A stretch of DNA of 58,811 nucleotides, the filler included, from Sphacelaria rigidula (taxonomy: Eukaryota), in NCBI GenBank assembly GCA_964200075.2. It is 7 parts of 7 records of this genome, joined end to end, with 100 filler letters (N's around TTAATTAATTAA, not from the genome) between each part and the next. Parts side by side here need not be neighbours in the genome. Positions count along the whole stretch, not along the records: positions 8,418 to 16,734 come from CAXNAA020011548.1; positions 16,835 to 25,150 come from CAXNAA020011549.1; 5 more parts are not named here. One strand, given 5' to 3'. Every line of letters starts with the position of its first letter. Positions within the stretch are counted from its first letter, which is position 1. The translations under genes were made by a program, and so were the position numbers. The notes under the pieces are model-generated. The model made no database searches. It was not told the DNA's origin and worked only from the letters and a program-made list of their open reading frames with translations. Shown here one piece after another: positions 11,401 to 23,829 of the stretch.

Positions 11401-12677
11401 TGACCCAAAAATGTACATTCGACTAGCTGTGCGTCTTGGCGTTCACGTACGTACCAACGGCATGTCTGTAGCGATACCTCGCTTCCTCGAGTTCTAAGCG
11501 GTAAAGCTTTGAACCAAGTTTGGTTGGTGATAGAGGATGGTGTTTCCGCCTACAAAATCGATGGCATAGCATGCCACCGACAGATTATGCATGATTCATT
11601 TATATGCGTAGCATAGCACCACCAGAGGACGCTTGTGCGTAGAAAATCGATGGGTCCGCATGCAACGCAGAAGCTAATCGTGGGTTGCCTAAACGCATAC
11701 AGTAGTGGGCGGTCTAACTATTTATTTTGTGGCATCTTGTGATTTTTTCGTAATTGGCGATTTTATGGGGCTCTTTTCGCTTGCCACCGCCTATCACATG
11801 AGGGGATCTGAAGATATTTGTGTCCGCTCCACATTCACAGAGGAAAAAATCATCTGTACTCAATATCGAGTGACTTACGGGCTGACCGATCATTGGGGGT
11901 CCTGCCACGTTCCAGCCCAGATTCTTACTCTTCTGTATTTTCGGTCGATCGAGCCCGTCCCGATCATATTTGTAAATAGATGTAAAGTTGCATTTTTTCG
12001 AAATTCTGCCTACTCATTGCACTAGGACCGAAAACTGTGTTTCACGGTCAATAACACCCTCCTGATGAACGGGGTATCATTTTGTTTCGCCCGGTAACAC
12101 AGATTAACACTGACTTGGGCACTGTGTTTCGAGGATGATCTGTATTGTTGTACTAAAATCTACCGACGCTAGCAATATCGAGTTCTATCGAAGACTAGTA
12201 CGCGAGGAAAACCTCAAAATACCCCTAAATAGTTAGAATGCCCACTACTATGGGATCGAACCGCCGGAGGGCGGTTATGCGCACGAAACCCATTGCGTAA
12301 GATATAACCTAGAGGTCAAGCGTGGCATGTGACAAAAGGGTTGGATCACTCCACCAAGCCGAATGATCGGAAATGGGAAAACACCGAAAGGATGAATTCC
12401 TCACGGGCGTGATGGGCCTTTACGTTACGGCTTACGAAACATGGCCATTTGCTACAAGACCTTGGTGTCAGTGTACTCTTGAGAACCGCTTGATCTCGAG
12501 ATGCTACCACAAATTGGTTTCGCGTGGTATCAAAAATAGTTCCGTAGTGAGGTAACAAATTAATTTTCAACGCGTGCAGGGCACCTCCATTTTGCGGAAA
12601 GGGGCGCCCGTGTTATATGGATGTTGTAATGCGTGAGAGGACCGCGTGCTTAGAGAACCGCATCGGAACGTCCCTAT

Positions 12678-12722
12678 GGTTAGGGTTGGGGTTAGGGTTA
12701 GTGTTGGGGTTAGAGTCAGGGG
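12678..12722 (+). repeat. Degenerate interstitial (TTAGGG)n-like tract
   Basis: ggttagggttggggttagggttagtgttggggttagagtcaggg, with an oppositely oriented decayed tract near 13030-13062. Confidence 0.6.
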
Positions 12723-12795
12723 CGTGGTTCCTGTAGGGACTGCACACTGGATTGGAACCGCAGCAACGTATTGCGCCACTTTTGAGGCGGGTTGA

Positions 12796-13024
12796 CCCTT
12801 TTGGAACCGTTGATGGAAAATGACGATTTACAAGTGACGTTTCTTGGGCAAAATATGGTTGTTTTCTGCAACTGTTGATGATGCAGCCTACCAAAGCGGT
12901 GCACCACTTCAAGTTCAAGTGTACTAATGTGATAGATTCGTACGCCAAACTCGAAGCGACGTTTTCCCTGTGACGAAAGCTCGCATATGGGAGTTTGTAC
13001 TGTTTTTCGCGAGTTCCAAAAGGG
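12796..13024. mobile_element. piggyBac-type MITE
   Basis: TIRs cccttttggaac / gttccaaaaggg, flanked by TTGA and TTAA. A homologous copy lies at 35905-36468. Confidence 0.75.
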
Positions 13025-13986
13025 TTAAAAGCCAACCCGAACTTTAACCGTAATTTAACCCTCAGTCTGGCAGATCGAGAGCCCTGGAGCCACGGGTGTG
13101 AAAAGGGTGACCTGAGCGAAGGGAGCGTTGACCGACCCCGAGCTGACGCCAAAGCAAGTGCGTTTCAACATTGGATTTCGGCGGCATACTAGTGTAATTT
13201 CGTAAGCTATTTGTTGTGCCATTGCACACGTCTCTCCGTATACTAAAACCCAGTGACTTCATGTGGGCACCAAAACTCTTTTGGGTCCAGTCGGAAGAAG
13301 TACCCAGCAACAGGCTTGTAGCATCTCATTACTTCAGTGCCTCCACTCCCCCCCTCACGGCCTCCTTCGATGGCCCATGTTCTGCGTGCTAGAGGCATCC
13401 TCGGAAAAAACATGACGCGTTGTGCAACACGGTTCGAGGTTGCTTTACATCAAAACGTAGGCACCCTTTCCACGTATCACATCGTGTCAAGTTCTCCCTC
13501 CGCAACAGCATCCCCATGTGAGTTTTATCAACTATACATCCACCACAGACCCACCCTCCCCCGATGAAATCCTTGGGTGTATTCATGTAAGGATGTCATC
13601 TCATTTACCACACGCGTTCGTCTCCTCTGGTATCCCCCGCCTCTATAAGCCAGCGATGATCTGACTGCATGTGTGCAATGGGGGTCCTCTGGTTGCTGGG
13701 TAGTTCACCCCCAGCCATTTGCTGCACGGTACTACCGCTACAGGACTTGTTGTGCGATCTTGTATGAATCGAACCGCACCTTGTCGCACCCGTCAAAAGT
13801 CACTCTTGTTCCCCGTCATACGCGTCTCTTGCAGAGCATGACTGCGGGGAATAATACGGCATCTATACTCATTGAATTTCTCGCCATCTTGCGTACTTGG
13901 AACAAAAACGGGACATATTTCAGAGCATACGCGCATCGATGAGCAAGTCAGACAGGAAGAACCTCAGTACCTGATGACAGCGGGGG

Positions 13987-15482
13987 CTAGTCCCACTCTA
14001 GATGCGTGTTCGGACGAACGAGGTGCCCGTCAGCTATCCACTCGTCCAGGTCAAGCTCCGTTGAATAACTGCGTCCTGCTCGGCGGCTTTTTTTTTTGGA
14101 GACAAACTCGAGCACGCCGTATCTTCCATCTGCTGCGACGGAATGAAGATAACAGCGGTACCACGCCTTGCCCCACCAGACCTCCGCTCCTTGGCCAACG
14201 GTCGTGAACCAACGGTGGCCGTTGCTGTCATCGCTGCCGTGCTCATCCCATCCGGCTTCGGTACCGTGGGTGGTGTTCCCAACATTATTCTCGTTTCTGC
14301 ATGGTAAAGATTCGTCATCAACGTGTGGTGTCTCATACATATAATAAGAGCTGTTTTCCCTGTACTCTGATGATGCTGCGATTCCGGACACTCTCGATGG
14401 GGAGAGCGATCGCGATCGCGGCGCCCTTTCATGGTGGTTTTGCTCTTGCTCGCCAGGCCTTGCGTAGCTACGCCGCCGTGGAAAATTGCGGTTCAGCGCA
14501 GCGTTTAGCTCCCTAGCCTGTCTCTCGTCTTCCGCTATCTGGTGGGCAGATCGCCCTGCGACAGCGTCTGTTGCGGGCAACCCGTTTTTGGAGAAAGCAC
14601 TGGTATCCGCAGCGGTGGTTGTGACGCTTCCACTGCCGCTACGACCAGCTTTTTTCTGCTGCGGTAGCTCGTTCGAGGAGGTGTCGGCGAGCGTCGGCAT
14701 TGATCTCTTGCGTGTCGGGTGAGACTTGCGAGAATCCATAGCCTCATCGGCCCCGGAAGACGTATCAACGAATTCTTGGGGTATGTTGACTCCACCATTA
14801 GCAGACACTCTGTTCCTTTGAAGGGGTTTGTGGATTCCCTCCTTTTCCCCGCCTGTCAGCAGGCGCGATGGACATTCCACGAGATCGGGCAAGTTGAGAA
14901 CAAAGATCATTAGAGATATCAAAGGTGTCAACATCATAACGATGGGTCGAAATCTTCACTATCAGGCCCGATGGGTATTTCGTTGGTCATGCTTTCCTGG
15001 TCCCTAAGCTCACTTTCGTCACCTCTATCAGCGCTCACCCCAGAATGCGACACACTTGCCCCCCCCAGCAGATCACGGCACTCTGTAGCAGATCATTCCC
15101 ATGGACGTTTTGCCCTTGCTACATCAGAGGATAAAATCGATTCCGCCAAATCACCAGTCAAGTGGTCTTCTCTTTCATCTGCTGAAGTGGACCGCCATCC
15201 CGACACCTCCGCCGTCGTATGTGGTACAGTCGGTACCGATGTGGCAGCACCCATGGTTGTCGTTGTTATGTGCGAGACAATCGAGTATCGCCGTTCCCGT
15301 GCCCGGTGCTCCTCTGCCTGTTCCCCGCTATCTGTCCACTCTCTCGCGACATCCACGGAGGGATGAACAGGGCCCGATTTGGCGCTGCTGCTGCTCGATT
15401 TTCTTCTTTTCTTCGCCGATTTCTTCGATTGACGACCCCTATTGTTGTTGGATGTACCTGCCATAGCTGGAGGGGGGTCCAT
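13987..15482 (-). pseudogene. Disrupted long reading frame: low-complexity region plus C-terminal Tudor/Agenet-like domain
   Basis: ORF 15093-15482 continues in frame past a TGA (SATECRDLLGG...DFDPSL), then shifts into the 316-aa ORF. That ORF ends GQGAEVWWGKAWYRCYLHSVAADGRYGVLEF, which fits a Tudor-like beta-barrel pattern. A possible acceptor (tgtcccag) lies near 15499. Confidence 0.5.
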
Positions 15483-17315
15483 GGCCGCCTTTGAACAGCT
15501 GGGACATGACGCAAAACGAGAAAATGGTCGAAGTACACTGACTCATTGGAGCATATGAGGTGTTTCTTCCTGGAGGGAGTTCTGATTTGGCTTGGTAACA
15601 TCATGCCATGCAAGAGATAGAGGGTATTGACTACCTCGTAGTAACACAATGGACCAGGATTTGGATTCCAAGGCTCCGTGGAGGAGTGCCTGCGCAGGAC
15701 TGGACGTTAGTGTTCAGCAGGTTGGCAAGGCGGTATCGTCAACATTATACTAAGCAAGGGCTAGGAATCGAAAAATGCGGTGAAATAGCGTTCGCGCTGT
15801 CCGTCAGGGTTTGACTTCGGTGATGCCGTTACGTTTGCAAGTCAGTGCTTGAGTGCTCGTTTGCTTGGCCGCTATAGAATATACTGCAAGAGGTTAGGCA
15901 AGTGTGTTTATGGATGATGATGCAATATAGTTGAGGGCTGAGAGTTGAACGGGTTTGGTGAAGCAGGAAACGGTCTCTGTTGGAGCGAAGGCCACGCGGC
16001 GCTCGTTCGGATAGGCAACCACACGATGCCACACATTGAAGCAAGGGAATAGGGTGATGGATTCCCAGAGTATGGCTAGTGCTGGGACTGGAAGGATCAG
16101 GCGAACGAGGCTAGGCGCTCTTATCTGGATCTCAGTTCACTGCGAACAGGCATCGTGAGGTGAGCGTAATACAGGTAACTATACTATGCAGGGGGCTATG
16201 GCTACAGGGTGCATGTAGTGATGAGATACTGCTACTGGTTTAGGCTTAGGGCTTCAGGGCTTTGTGAGCCCGGCTTAGATTGGTCGTCAGGATTTAGCTG
16301 ACTTCGCAAAGAGTCTTCAACGAAGCATGTTCTCTGATAGGAAAATCGTACCGCGCGTGTACGTGGTTGGGTTGGGGTGAACGCCTCCATGAAATGACGG
16401 CAAAAGCCACAGTATTACTAGAGTTCTGTGAGTCACTAAGGGCACCACAAGCAAGTTCATCGCCATACATTGAGTTACAGGGTTCCCTTTTGAGATCGCC
16501 GATTTGCAATTGCGGTGGCGGCTAAAAAAGAGGCCCCACTGCTAATAGGGTTGGCATTCGAATTTGTGTGGAGAGCACGTTCAATATTCATCCGGGTTCT
16601 CAATCGCTCCAGAGCTCAGCCTCTTCAACCACCTCGGTCTGTTTACAGAACCGAAACGCATAGACCGGGGGGGGTGTACTCATAATCATGCATGCCATAG
16701 TCATAAGACCATTTAGCGGCGGGGGGGCCTCTTTNNNNNNNNNNNNNNNNNNNNNNNNNNNNNNNNNNNNNNNNNNNNTTAATTAATTAANNNNNNNNNN
16801 NNNNNNNNNNNNNNNNNNNNNNNNNNNNNNNNNNCCCGGCTTTGTAGGGATGCGAGGTCAATGGTCTGATAACTATGGAGTGCATGATCATGCGTACACT
16901 CCTGCCCTCATCTGACAACGACATGCAAGACATGAGTGCACCCCCCCCGGCCCCGACGAGACTAGACGATCGTTTACTTTGAACCCTCGTTTTGTCGACT
17001 GCACTGGTGCTGCAGCTACTACTCGCTCTGTACTCGGTGCGGCTGCGGGGTCGGACCAGAGAGGCCGAAAAGTTTTACAGCCGCCATTTTTGAGACCTTG
17101 CATTTTCGCGTGGATTCAACAGTGTGCTGTGCCGACTCGGCAAATCATGCTGACTTGCACTCTCAACGTCGACTTGCTCCCATCCACTTCCTCTGTCCCA
17201 AAAGTTAGGACGGGACTATTTGTACGGGTCCTTAACCGTGTTCGCCTATTTGTTTTGTTTTTTGTTGTTGTCCGCTCTGGCGTTTCTCGACTTGAAACCC
17301 ATTCATCTATGATTA

Positions 17316-17650
17316 CAGTTCCCATTTCCATCATGCGGCCGAACGGCCATATTAATTCAGCCGATCCGAGAATAGTCGCATTTCGCCCCTAATCCGGGGG
17401 CGAAAACAAAATGAAAGCCTGGTAAAAAACGAAAATAATTTAGTCAAAAGTTCGGAATAATGTTGTGGACGAGGCGTAGCCAACCGCTGTATATGACGCT
17501 ACCTAAAACGGAGAATGTTTTACTTTTTTTTGCCCTTTTTCGCCGGGGCTTCCTTTTTGTTTTTTGCCCCCGGAAAAGGGGCGAAGTACGGCAAATTTCG
17601 GGGCGACTGATTTATTTTGGTTGTTCGGCCGCATGATGGAAAAGCAAACT
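17316..17650. mobile_element. MITE with long imperfect TIRs
   Basis: tttccatcatgcggccgaac...tttcgcccct is mirrored by aggggcgaag...gttcggccgcatgatggaaa. Confidence 0.65.
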
Positions 17651-18878
17651 GTGAGAAATAAACGAATGATGTTCAACTCGAAAAAGCGCCAGAGGAAGCT
17701 AAAAACAAAACGACAAAAGGATCGGACACGGTTAAAGCGCCTGCATGAACAATTCGGTTCTAGCTTTTGGGACAGGCAATATAAAGGTCAGATTTAGTTT
17801 CCCATTTTTTTTTCTCCTTTTCCCCTAAAGGAAGGAGGAAACCTGACCCAATACTTACCGCACAAGCGGGTTCGCGCGCCGATTACCCGGAGGCTCGGTT
17901 AGACTTTCTCGCGGCAGTCATGTGGGCTAGGCGCCCTGAGCGTTGGCAAGGTTTGCTCAAGGCAGTGTGGGGGTTCGACCCGCTAAAACCCCATGTCAAC
18001 TCGGCGCAGTGCACGCGCCGCCCTAGTCTTATGAGCTTCGGCCCCAGTAGCTTTCCCTATTTTGCGCTCGTGTATGCTGTAGTTCAAGTATGTTCAACAC
18101 CGTCCTGGGGTGCAGGACAACCGCCACCCTCTCCAACTTACGAACCTCGCAGTCAAGGCACAGACCCTGTAGGACCAGAAAAAACACACATCAAGCACAG
18201 GGAGGACACGTCCCCCACGCCTGGGCAGGGCACATGATTGAAAAAAGATCTTCGAAAACGAGACGAGCAGACCGGCCATGGCATGGCCTCTCGGGACTTT
18301 GCCCCTTTTGTACGTACGAGTTCACGGTATGCTCAGGGTCAAACAACATCTTCTCTACTTCTGGGAAACTGACAACAAACACTTCACGCATGGGACAGCT
18401 CATGAGCTTCTCATTATTAATAGTCTACTGATCAGGATGATGATCTAGCTCATTTGATCTCGTTTCCCATCTTTGCTCCGACAGCGCTTCGCCTTCGATG
18501 ACCCCGCAGTCACGTATTTTGTGTTCTTCGACAAAGAATATTATCAGTAGAATTCTCTTCGATCAGCTACTTGATGTAGCTCATGGGTTGTTCGACGTGT
18601 GAAATGCTTGAACTTATGGGACCAGGGGGTACCGAAGGGTTTGACATGGCATATGTGCACGATACTCATGCAGAGACAAGTCGCCGAAAACGCGCATTAA
18701 AAGCACATGTTACGTATGAAATGCTATCTTTACCGTGTTGGACCCTGAATATAAAATTGTCGTTCTCTGGATAATGGCTGACAACAGCGAGATATACTCG
18801 AGAAACCGGGGGGGGGAGGGGGGTGCTGCATACGTACAGACCGTTGTACTGAAAAGCTGGCGCTATTTATCACTGCAC

Positions 18879-19058
18879 CTGCTCGTAATGCTCGTACTCT
18901 TCGACGTCAAACGTGTTGAAGTCGAAGAATCGGAAGTAGCAAGCTTTGCTGAGTCCCCTGAGGCAGTCCATGATCGTTAAGTCGTATGTGCATATCCCCG
19001 GCGATGCGTCGTGGAAAGGAGGAAACGGGGGATATGTGCCTCGAAATGGCAAGAACGC
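18879..19058 (-). CDS. CDC14: CDC14 dual-specificity phosphatase, N-terminal domain exon (third seen)
   Basis: Acceptor cgtgcag, phase 0, 60 codons: [60 protein letters not shown]. This matches the Cdc14 PFRDAS...[10 protein letters not shown] motif. GT donor follows. Confidence 0.93.
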
Positions 19059-19580
19059 CTGCACGCGCCGAAAAATATCGATAAACAGCGAGAGCATCGG
19101 AAGATGATTCACACGTCGGTGTGCTTGAACACCAGGAGGAAAACGTTGTTGGCAACGGTGCTGTGAGGGGTTTCTCATCGTTGCTTTTTCTTTTTCAACG
19201 GGCAGAAGAAAGAGGTGGGAAGAAGTCGTGTGTGGCGTTTGCTTTTCATGTCGTACTTTAATTCCCCCCCCCCCCCCCGTCCCCGCCTTTTTTTTCGGGA
19301 TGAGTCCATAGTCTCAGACGATACAGTAGACAAATCTCTTCCCCGGTACCCGTCTTACACGTTGCTGCTGAGCGTTGGCTCAGAACTCCCGCAGCAGCCC
19401 GTCGGCTGTTGTTTTCATAAAAGCGCGACTCAAAACACGAATCGTTTCGCAAAGTCAGAGACACTGCGGGAGCCGTAAATACTGCGTACTTCGAGGCGGT
19501 ACATATTGGTTTCAACAGCAGCTGCGCGGGCAGGAGAGACCACATCGTAGATGTTGCGATCCTCCTACCATCAGAAAACA

Positions 19581-19590
19581 AACACACACA

Positions 19591-19649
<59 letters not shown>
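19581..19649. repeat. (CA)n microsatellite in a CDC14 intron
   Basis: Directly visible CA dinucleotide run. Confidence 0.95.
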
Positions 19650-20424
19650 CATGCGGTGGGTCGAAAGGCGTCATTTTTTCCCTTCGTTGTGGTAACAGCC
19701 AAAAACGGCGGAAGCGAGCACACCATCATGAACAACAAATTAAATAGAACAAGAAGAAACGAGTGAGCGCACGGATGATGGGACACTGCATCAAAACATG
19801 ACATGATAATTTCGCCACGTGTCGGGGGGGGGGGGGCTCACGAGCGGCCAGGAGCGAGTCTCGCGTGGTCATGGTTTCGACACGTAATGGTCTTCTTTTG
19901 TTTGCCGATCTTACTTCTATGTATGGAGTGAGAAATGTTGACCCTGGGGGGCGTGGTACGTCGCTTACTGGTACAATAAATTTATCCTTTCCTTTTTTGC
20001 CAGATTGAGGACCTGACGTTTGATAAAGAGTGAGAGCCCAAAGGGTCGGAAATCTCAACCCATTCATCGACTGGTGTTTCTCGGGGAAATTGTTTGCCGA
20101 GTCAGTCGAGGGAGCGGCTTCAATGATACAGTACCTCCTATGATAGCCGTGAGATGAATCCGATGTATGTTTTCATTGCATTGTCCTCGCCAATCGACAG
20201 GAATGTAAAACCCTTCACGGTTCAAATGTGTCAGAGTTCATACGGGTTGACTCTCCATGAATGATGAAGGCGAATCATCTTCCAAAGAGGTATCCGGTAT
20301 GAACCACGGATGGTGAAGTTGTACATTCAAGGTTATACCGTACAGATCACGAACTGGGAATGTGTATACTCCAAGTGGTGGCACACGAATCGAGAGTGCA
20401 TAACAATTCCTGTATGGGTCATTG

Positions 20425-20850
20425 GTGGGAAACATGTACACTCGATTGATCTGGTATGGATGGAAAGCTGAGAACATGTACGTATGATTCATGCTACATG
20501 AGTGAAAATTGGGAACATGTACTCTTGATTCACCTCGTATGGATGAAAGGCGGAGAACACGCAGGAATGATTCATGCTGCTTGAAAGGAAACTGGGAAAT
20601 ATGCACGGCTGATTCACCTCGTATAAATGGGAGGTGCTGAATATGTACTCATGATTTACGATGTGTGACTGCAATGTGGGAAACATGCACGTTTTATGCA
20701 CCTCGTATAAATGGGAGGTGGGGAACATGTATATATGATTCATGCTGCACGACTGCAAGGTGAAAATCACATGCATGGATCGTATGATTCATGCCGCATA
20801 AATCCAGTGGAGAAATGCAGCACTATGTGCCTATGATTCATGTCGTTCGT
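20425..20850. repeat. 42-bp minisatellite, block 1
   Basis: Diverged units of gattcatgctgcataaatgaaaagtgggaaacatgtacgtat. Confidence 0.8.
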
Positions 20851-21619
20851 GTGTATGGAAGGTTCCTTACTACTGCTGGCTGTTGTCTGCTGCACAGACT
20901 GTACCGTACTATGCTGTGCTGTGCTGTGCTGTGCTGTGCTGTACTGTCCGCTGATTGCAGTGGACGCTGCCGGAGTGTTTCCAAAAACTCACGCGAACAT
21001 GCGGTGACGACTCTTGAAGGACTGGTGCTGTCTGAAGCTATCTTTATACTTTAATATGTATTGAGATCAACTGCACCGTAGAATACAACATGAAACCGCA
21101 CAAAGGCCGTCAATAGCTTAGCCCGGGAAAACGGACAGCGAAACGAATTGCTCCAGATGCGCGAATGCGTGCTGTGCTATGCTGTACCGTGCTGTCTGCG
21201 GACTGCTGTGTACGCTGCCGGGGTCTCCCAATCACTCCCGCGAAGATGCGGTGACGACTTGTGCTGGTGCTGTCTTCATCGCAAGTGTCCGTGGTGGAGA
21301 CTAGAATATATTGAGGTCAACTATTTCACAGGACGTAAAACCACAAAATAAATGAAACCACAAAGGCTGTCAATAGCACAGCTCGGGAAAATAAAGAGCC
21401 AGAAGAACCTCTCTGGGCACGCAGACGCGTGTGTTCAAGTACATTTGATATATGTGCTGTGCTACGTGCAAGTACAATGTTTGAAATTTCGTTTGTTATT
21501 CTGAATTCGGCTCTTAGAGAGTTCGCGACCTGTACGTTCTCATTTGCCCATCCCACCTGCAGAGGCCGCGCCACCGAAGAGTCGCGCTCCATGAAATGAC
21601 AGGTGGGCAACAGCAAGTT

Positions 21620-22130
21620 TTGATGATTCATGCCATATCAACAAAAGTAAGGTGGGGAGCACGTACGCATGATTCATGCTGCATAAATGAAAAGTGGGAA
21701 ACATGTATGTATGATTCACGCTGAGTGGATGGAATTTGGGTAACAGGTACACTTGATTCATCTCGTATGATTGATGCTGCATAAATGTACCTATGATTGA
21801 TGCTGCATAAATGAAAAGTGGGAAACATGTACCTATGATTGATGCTGCATAAATGAAAAGTGGGAAACATGCATGTATGATTCATGCTGAGTGGATGGAA
21901 TTTGGGTGACAGATACGCCTGATTCATCTCGTACGAGTGGAAGGCGGGAAAACGTGTGCCGATGATTAATGGCGTATGAATGCAGGGTGGGGAACGTGTG
22001 CCTATGATTCGTGCCGCATGAATGGAAGGTGGGAAACATGTACCTTTGATTCTTGCCATACGAATGGAAGGTGGGAAACGTGTACCTGTGGTTTATTCCA
22101 CACGAATAAGAGGTTGGAAACGTGTACATT
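21620..22130. repeat. 42-bp minisatellite, block 2
   Basis: Same unit as block 1. The period is 42 bp (ctatgatt at 21791 and 21833). Confidence 0.85.
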
Positions 22131-22390
22131 CGTCAGAGTACCGCACGAATCACGAAAATCGCCGGCTGACGACACTTGTTTACGACGCACGCAACGCGGT
22201 AGGACATCCCTCAAAACCTCCGATCGTGCGGATAGCTTTTCTTCATTGCTGTGGTTTGCCCCACGAACCCCGTCGTCATATTCCCCCCAGGGCCCACGTG
22301 AGCGTAGTAGGACTTTGTCTTCGAAGTTTCCCTTGCCACGATATCCGACCCCGGACACCGCAACGCACACACGCACACATCAACACACAC

Positions 22391-22492
22391 CTCCTCTGGA
22401 GTCTTGCGGCAATACAGTAGCTGCCATGCACAGAGAAGAAATGCTCCGTTAGCTCGCTTGTGAGCGTGGGGCCCGGAGAAGACGTAGATCAC
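22391..22492 (-). CDS. CDC14: CDC14 exon (second seen)
   Basis: Acceptor ttcggcag, 34 codons VIYVFSGPHAHKRANGAFLLCAWQLLYCRKTPEE (Cdc14 KRANAAFL...TPEE motif), donor GAG|GTGTGT. Confidence 0.93.
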
Positions 22493-23198
22493 CTGCCGAA
22501 GCAATTTGTACCAGCATTACAGTAGCTTGCATTGTTGCACGCGTTAGGCGTTAGTTATGCATTAATTACACCGAAAAACGAACATGAACCTCTGGGGTAT
22601 ATACGCACACGTCGAAATATGTACTGCATGTACCGCAAGTGCTGTGTGTGTTCGTCGTATGTCACCTGCAGGTTGTAGTCGGTTTCGGTGGTTCAGGGCC
22701 GCGGACGTATAGCATGATCCGATGATAATTGAGGCCCGAAGTGCGGTTTCCTCGTACATTACCATACTATATACGTCCAGGAGCAGTTTCGTTTTTGTTG
22801 GGTACGTCTATCATGAGACCACGGCTGGATCATGACTACCTGAGGGGTCAGTTAAAGTGCGACAATCAATCAATCAATCAATCAAGTCAGGAGCGGATAT
22901 GTTCCGCCGTCTGGTCGATGTGTGACTACAATAACGTGCTAATGGCCACGGTATGGAGACATGGTACGTATAGTATGCCCCTATCCCCACCTCCCACCAC
23001 ATTGTGAATCTTGTTTTGTCGATGGCCGGCGATGAGAGATATTACATTCAATGCGTGCAAAACGCCGAGCAGTTTGTACCACCCCCTAGTGCTGATCATC
23101 AAAACATCGTGGAACAACAACAACAACAGCAACAACAACCAATACGATACCAGCTACGAAGAATATGTGGGACTTAAACCTCGTGATTTTTCACACAC

Positions 23199-23393
23199 CT
23201 TTCCCTGATGCCTCTCGCTTCTCAGTTTGAAGTTCAATGTCTGGCAGAAGCGATAGAGGTTCCCCAAGGATAGTGGTCCCCAATCTAGAAAAAAGTTCCA
23301 GTACGTGAACTCTTCTGACTGCGGGCGTAAGGGCAAGGGAGCGCGGGAAGCGAAAGAGTCTCGCAACAGTCCATCCCTGGCATCGGATATCAT
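23199..23393 (-). CDS. CDC14: CDC14 exon (first seen; true 5' boundary may be the acceptor at 23318)
   Basis: SEEFTYWNFFLDWGPLSLGNLYRFCQTLNFKLRSERHQGK matches the Cdc14 YxNFxxDFGPLNL..LYRYC motif. Donor AAG|GTGTGT. It joins the next two exons in phase 0. Confidence 0.9.
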
Positions 23394-23829
23394 TCGTCGT
23401 TGTCAGAAGCTACTGTTCCAAAACTTGCGAGAGCTTCTGAGAAGTGTATGGCCGGAACGACCGTCGTTATTCATTTGTTGTCCTCAACACTGAGCATATT
23501 TGTAGTGCGGGGTGTATTATAATCATTAAATGTGGTTGTATCTCAGGAAACAAGAGAAGGTCGCTCATTCAGTCATGTTTCGAACACAATCAAAACTGAA
23601 AACTAATCCCAGAAGCGTGTCCCTACAGCATGCACTTTTTATCGAGGCTGCTAGTTCACGCCCATCACCCAAAATTGTGTCAGCAGCAAATATCTTCCGT
23701 AATACCTACTGTACCCAATAGTCGCACACATGGTATTATGCTGACCACCATGGACAACTGAAGGGGGTGACCGCCGGATTTTCATTGAAGGCCATCCGGG
23801 TGGCGCTAAGAGCGAAAAGGCACCGCAAC

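Noticed and set aside
12678..12722. True telomere
   Set aside because: The tract is short, degenerate and internal to a repeat element.
1..16734. Continuation of CDC14 into the left scaffolds
   Set aside because: These scaffolds are separated by artificial joins, and no Cdc14 catalytic motif was found there.
20238..22129. His/Met/Phe-repeat ORFs
   Set aside because: They are by-products of a 42-bp minisatellite inside a CDC14 intron.
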